Notes under the pieces: generated by a model | Told to the model about the DNA's origin: nothing | The model's input: only the letters and a program-made list of their open reading frames with translations | Databases searched by the model: none | Source of the DNA: Bacilli bacterium | Lineage (GTDB): Bacteria; Bacillota_I; Bacilli_A; ML615J-28; CAG-698 | Length of the DNA: 64,000 nt | Assembly: GCA_028691515.1 (NCBI GenBank) | Contig: JAQUZE010000003.1 | Span: 64,399-128,398, forward strand | Reading direction: 5' to 3' | Translations under genes and position numbers: made by a program | Shown: positions 61,365 to 64,000 of the stretch, one piece after another | How positions within the stretch are numbered: the stretch's first letter is position 1 | Layout: each line of letters opens with the position of its first letter

Positions 61365-61739
61365 TTATTTAACTTTCCAAGCTGTATAAACACTTCTGTA
61401 GCTACAATCCCAAGTATCTAGGATAACTCCATCAACTACACAAGTTATGTGTCCTGCCATTTTTAATATAAAGGTACCTCTTGGATGTAGCTCTGTAAAA
61501 TCAGATCCTTTTAGTCGAGGTTCACCTTTTATAGTTTTGGAAATGAGTCTTGGAAAAGCTTCAAAATATTTATATAAAAACTTTGTTTCTTTATAAGTTC
61601 CAAAGCCTAACTCTTTTTTTGCTTGGTTTAGTTTTTTTCTACATTCTAAGTAATCAATATCTAATACTGTTGAAATTGCTCTAACTACACAATCAGTTGT
61701 TTTTAATCATTTTGGATGTCTGTTATATTCTTTAAACAT
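61365..61739 (-). pseudogene. 124-codon ORF of unknown function with an in-frame TGA at codon 11 (MFKEYNRHPK[TGA]LKTTDCVVRAIS...). Start overlaps the upstream stop (TAATG).
   Basis: ATG at 61739, TGA at 61709-61707, TAA at 61367-61365. A GC hairpin plus T-run (ggcccagttacgggcc, 61334-61360) follows. Confidence 0.4.
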
Positions 61740-61741
61740 TA

Positions 61742-62168
61742 TTCAGATCAACCTTCGTTTAACCATACAACTAATTCTTTAACTAAGTTAGTTTCAAATA
61801 ATGGCTTTTCAAAGTTATTCTTTTTTCCAAATACTGTGTACTTCTTTTCGTTCCAACAACAATTTATTTGAATTGTAAATAATACGTCACCAGTAACAAT
61901 ATCAGCAAATCTAAAATCATCATAAAGCGGACCGTTTAATGGACAGTTATTTTTAAACCTAACATAAGTTGTATCTAGGTTTATCTTTCCAACATCTTTT
62001 TATTTGTTTTACTATGTTACCCATTTTTGTAGTTTTGTTTGCAAGACTTGTATCCTTACAAAACCAATCATACCATCCAGCTTCAATTTGTGTTTCTACA
62101 TCCTTAGATGAATACATTTCATTATTAAAGTTTAATATCCAAGATCTCAAATTTGTTTCTTTTGCCAT
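61742..62168 (-). pseudogene. ~140-codon gene of unknown function split by a frameshift (MAKETNLRSWILNF...KQIKR / ...DTTYVRFKNNCPLNGPLYDDF...VVWLNEG), ending in TGA closely followed by TAA
   Basis: RBS agagga 8 nt upstream of the ATG at 62168. Two frames needed. Overlaps the 61959..62237 track ORF. Confidence 0.4.
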
Positions 62169-62685
62169 TATCAATAATCCTCTTTTCTGCACAATATTTT
62201 GCATGTACATATTCGCTCTAAAGAAGACTAATAGCAAGTTATATTTTTACATATGTGAGGTATTTTAATATTAGAAAAAAAAAGGTTTCCCTCTTAAATT
62301 AAAACTATATTCTTGTATTTTCTTTAAATATGTTGGCCCTACAAATCGGAACATATCGCTCTATTCATATTGAAGTTTATCTTTTACTAAATGGATAAGT
62401 ATACCATCAAGATATCTAGTTTTTATTGTTTAACATCATTAGGTAATAACACTACACACTAATCATAATAAAATATTATCCTGAAGAATTATGTACCATT
62501 TTACATATAATCTGCAAGGTAAGATTTCAATGTATCAAACGACAATAAAAGCGCTCATCAGCACTTATATTCAATATTTATAAAGTTTTGATTATTATTA
62601 TTCACAAAAAAATCTCATCAAATAATTAAATAAAAGTTATCCATTTAAATTACAGTATGATTCCTTTATAAAATGTTTTTGAATA

Positions 62686-63015
62686 TTATAATGAGCTTAA
62701 AGCTGCTATAACTATAATTACTAGCCAAAAAGAAAATGATCCTACTGATAACCATAATCCTATTTTAGATCGTCCGATGTACATATTTTTTTTATCATTA
62801 ATTCCTACTATTCCCGTAATTATACCTACTATAGAACCAATAAAAATGAGTGGATAAAATCCCAAAGACCCAAAAACCACCGAAATTGTTGCTAACCCTT
62901 TCCCTCTTGGTTGAATAATCGCTTGAACGTTTTCTTGGTTTACTGCGTGACCACAAGATAAGCAAACTGAAGCCCCCTGATTAATTTCTTTACCGCAATT
63001 CGGACAAAAATTCAT
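62686..63015 (-). CDS. Zinc-ribbon membrane protein (N-terminal CxxC...CxxH ribbon, two C-terminal TM helices; DUF4190-like)
   Basis: MNFCPNCGKEINQGASVCLSCGHAV followed by glycine-rich TM segments. Confidence 0.5.
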   Translation of the reverse strand: MNFCPNCGKEINQGASVCLSCGHAVNQENVQAIIQPRGKGLATISVVFGSLGFYPLIFIGSIVGIITGIVGINDKKNMYIGRSKIGLWLSVGSFSFWLVIIVIAALSSL

Positions 63016-63510
63016 AAAATATCCTCCTAAATATTTACCTATTAATTAAACTATTGTTTTGATAGCTAATTATAAGAGCCATTAATTTCACTATTAAATA
63101 ATAACTAAATTATATCATTTTTATAATGATTTTTTAAACTAAATTTTGAGAATTATCATTTTCATATAGTTTTTTCCATAATTTTAAGCTTTTTTATATT
63201 CCATAAAATTTTATAATTACTGCTTGTTAATCCTGAAATTAATGTATCTATAAATTACTATTTCGTAGATCTATCGCTACTATAAAACATTATATCATAA
63301 TTAATTAATTATAACTACATAATTTCCAAAATATAGTTATATTTTAACAACTCCGGCTTGTGGGTATCTAATGGGGGAAATGAATTTTAAAGCATAAAAT
63401 CAGTTATTTTATACAACTTTTACCAAATTATATTTTTATATTTTGTACTAGAGTAAAATAAAATGCTATCAACGTACATCTAACGTCAATAGCATAGTAA
63501 TATCTAATCA

Positions 63511-63609
63511 ATGGGTTTGTAGAACCATATTGATACAATTACGCACCCTTGTGTTATTTTACGCACCCTAGATGGCAAATCACGCACCCTTGACTAGTTT
63601 TACGCACCC
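63511..63609. repeat. att-like region, copy B: 38-bp near-identical copy of the 59915 sequence followed by four [T]ACGCACCC repeats at 20-22-bp spacing, ~210 bp from the integrase gene end
   Basis: ATGGGTTTGTAGAACCATATTGATACAATTACGCACCC. Repeats at 63540, 63560, 63581 and 63601. Confidence 0.7.
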
Positions 63610-63818
63610 CTAGTTTATTATATTTTCACAGGGTATAGTTTTCCCAGAAACATACGCTATTACTTAATCTTCTTTCTGTAATCCATCATTCATCATTTAT
63701 AGATAGATTGACATGCTTAACTTTGTTAGGACGAATAATTTAATACAATACGTACCCCTTTAAAAAAGTTCGTCCACCTCAAGACATAAACATAATAATT
63801 ACTATATGTAATTTAAAT

Positions 63819-64000
63819 CTAACTTAGAAATTTTCTGTGTGCTAACTTTACATTATTTTGTTCTACCATAGCATATTGCAGAGTAGTATCAACTTTTGTA
63901 TGACCTAACATGTGTTGGACTTGTTCAATTGGCATTCCTTTATCTATTGCTTTAGTTGCCAGTGTTCTTCTAAACTTATGGGGATGAACTTTATCTATAT
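63819..64000 (-). CDS. Tyrosine site-specific integrase/recombinase, C-terminal catalytic end (partial; continues beyond the window)
   Basis: Minus-strand translation ...IDKVHPHKFRRTLATKAIDKGMPIEQVQHMLGHTKVDTTLQYAMVEQNNVKLAHRKFLS*. HxxR, LGH and catalytic Tyr (LQY) motifs of tyrosine recombinases. Confidence 0.8.
   Translation of the reverse strand, partial: IDKVHPHKFRRTLATKAIDKGMPIEQVQHMLGHTKVDTTLQYAMVEQNNVKLAHRKFLS

Noticed and set aside
1-64000. Host using genetic code 4 (TGA=Trp), suggested by TGA at Trp-like positions near 60-62 kb
   Set aside because: Long host ORFs of up to 855 aa are uninterrupted with the standard code and contain many TGG Trp codons. The gene content, with full aromatic and threonine biosynthesis, is unlike Mollicutes. 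The TGA observations are confined to the mobile region.

Overview
The window is about 64 kb of a very AT-rich bacterial chromosome, roughly 25-30% GC by eye. It uses the standard genetic code: long ORFs of up to 855 aa contain many TGG Trp codons and no in-frame TGA. Gene content is Firmicutes-like. Almost every gene lies on the minus strand.

- **Housekeeping operons.** A shikimate/chorismate operon (aroB-aroC-aroE::aroK fusion-DAHP synthase-aroA, plus a divergently transcribed AroQ chorismate mutase and bcp). A polyamine pair (speA-speB). A phosphate pair (DUF47-PiT), then ppa-rpiA-msrA. A thiolase plus SDR reductase. A tldD-pmbA pair. A single overlapping thrC-thrB-hom-asd-lysC operon.
- **Accessory stretch, about 38.9-51.5 kb.** Cupin, a transglutaminase-like protein, lipoproteins, a LemA gene of atypical composition with a 609-aa membrane partner, a frameshifted GGDEF gene, an SdpI-like membrane protein, an atypical adenylate-forming enzyme and a heterodimeric ABC exporter pair. 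A 660-bp intergenic region here carries unexplained GC-rich motifs.
- **Likely horizontally acquired block, 52.4-55.9 kb.** GC-richer than its surroundings; it encodes a beta-lactamase-family serine hydrolase and a DUF6273-type secreted protein.
- **Degraded integrative mobile-element region, 58.8-64 kb.** It contains a truncated ISL3-like transposase, a GC-rich TIR-like gene fragment and 4x19-bp tandem iterons. It also carries two copies of a ~40-bp att-like sequence followed by TACGCACCC repeats, several pseudogenes with frameshifts and in-frame TGA at predicted Trp positions, and the 3' end of a tyrosine integrase running off the window.

An orphan ThsB-like TIR-domain gene sits among the housekeeping genes at 6.6-7.2 kb. 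No rRNA, tRNA or CRISPR array was recognised.
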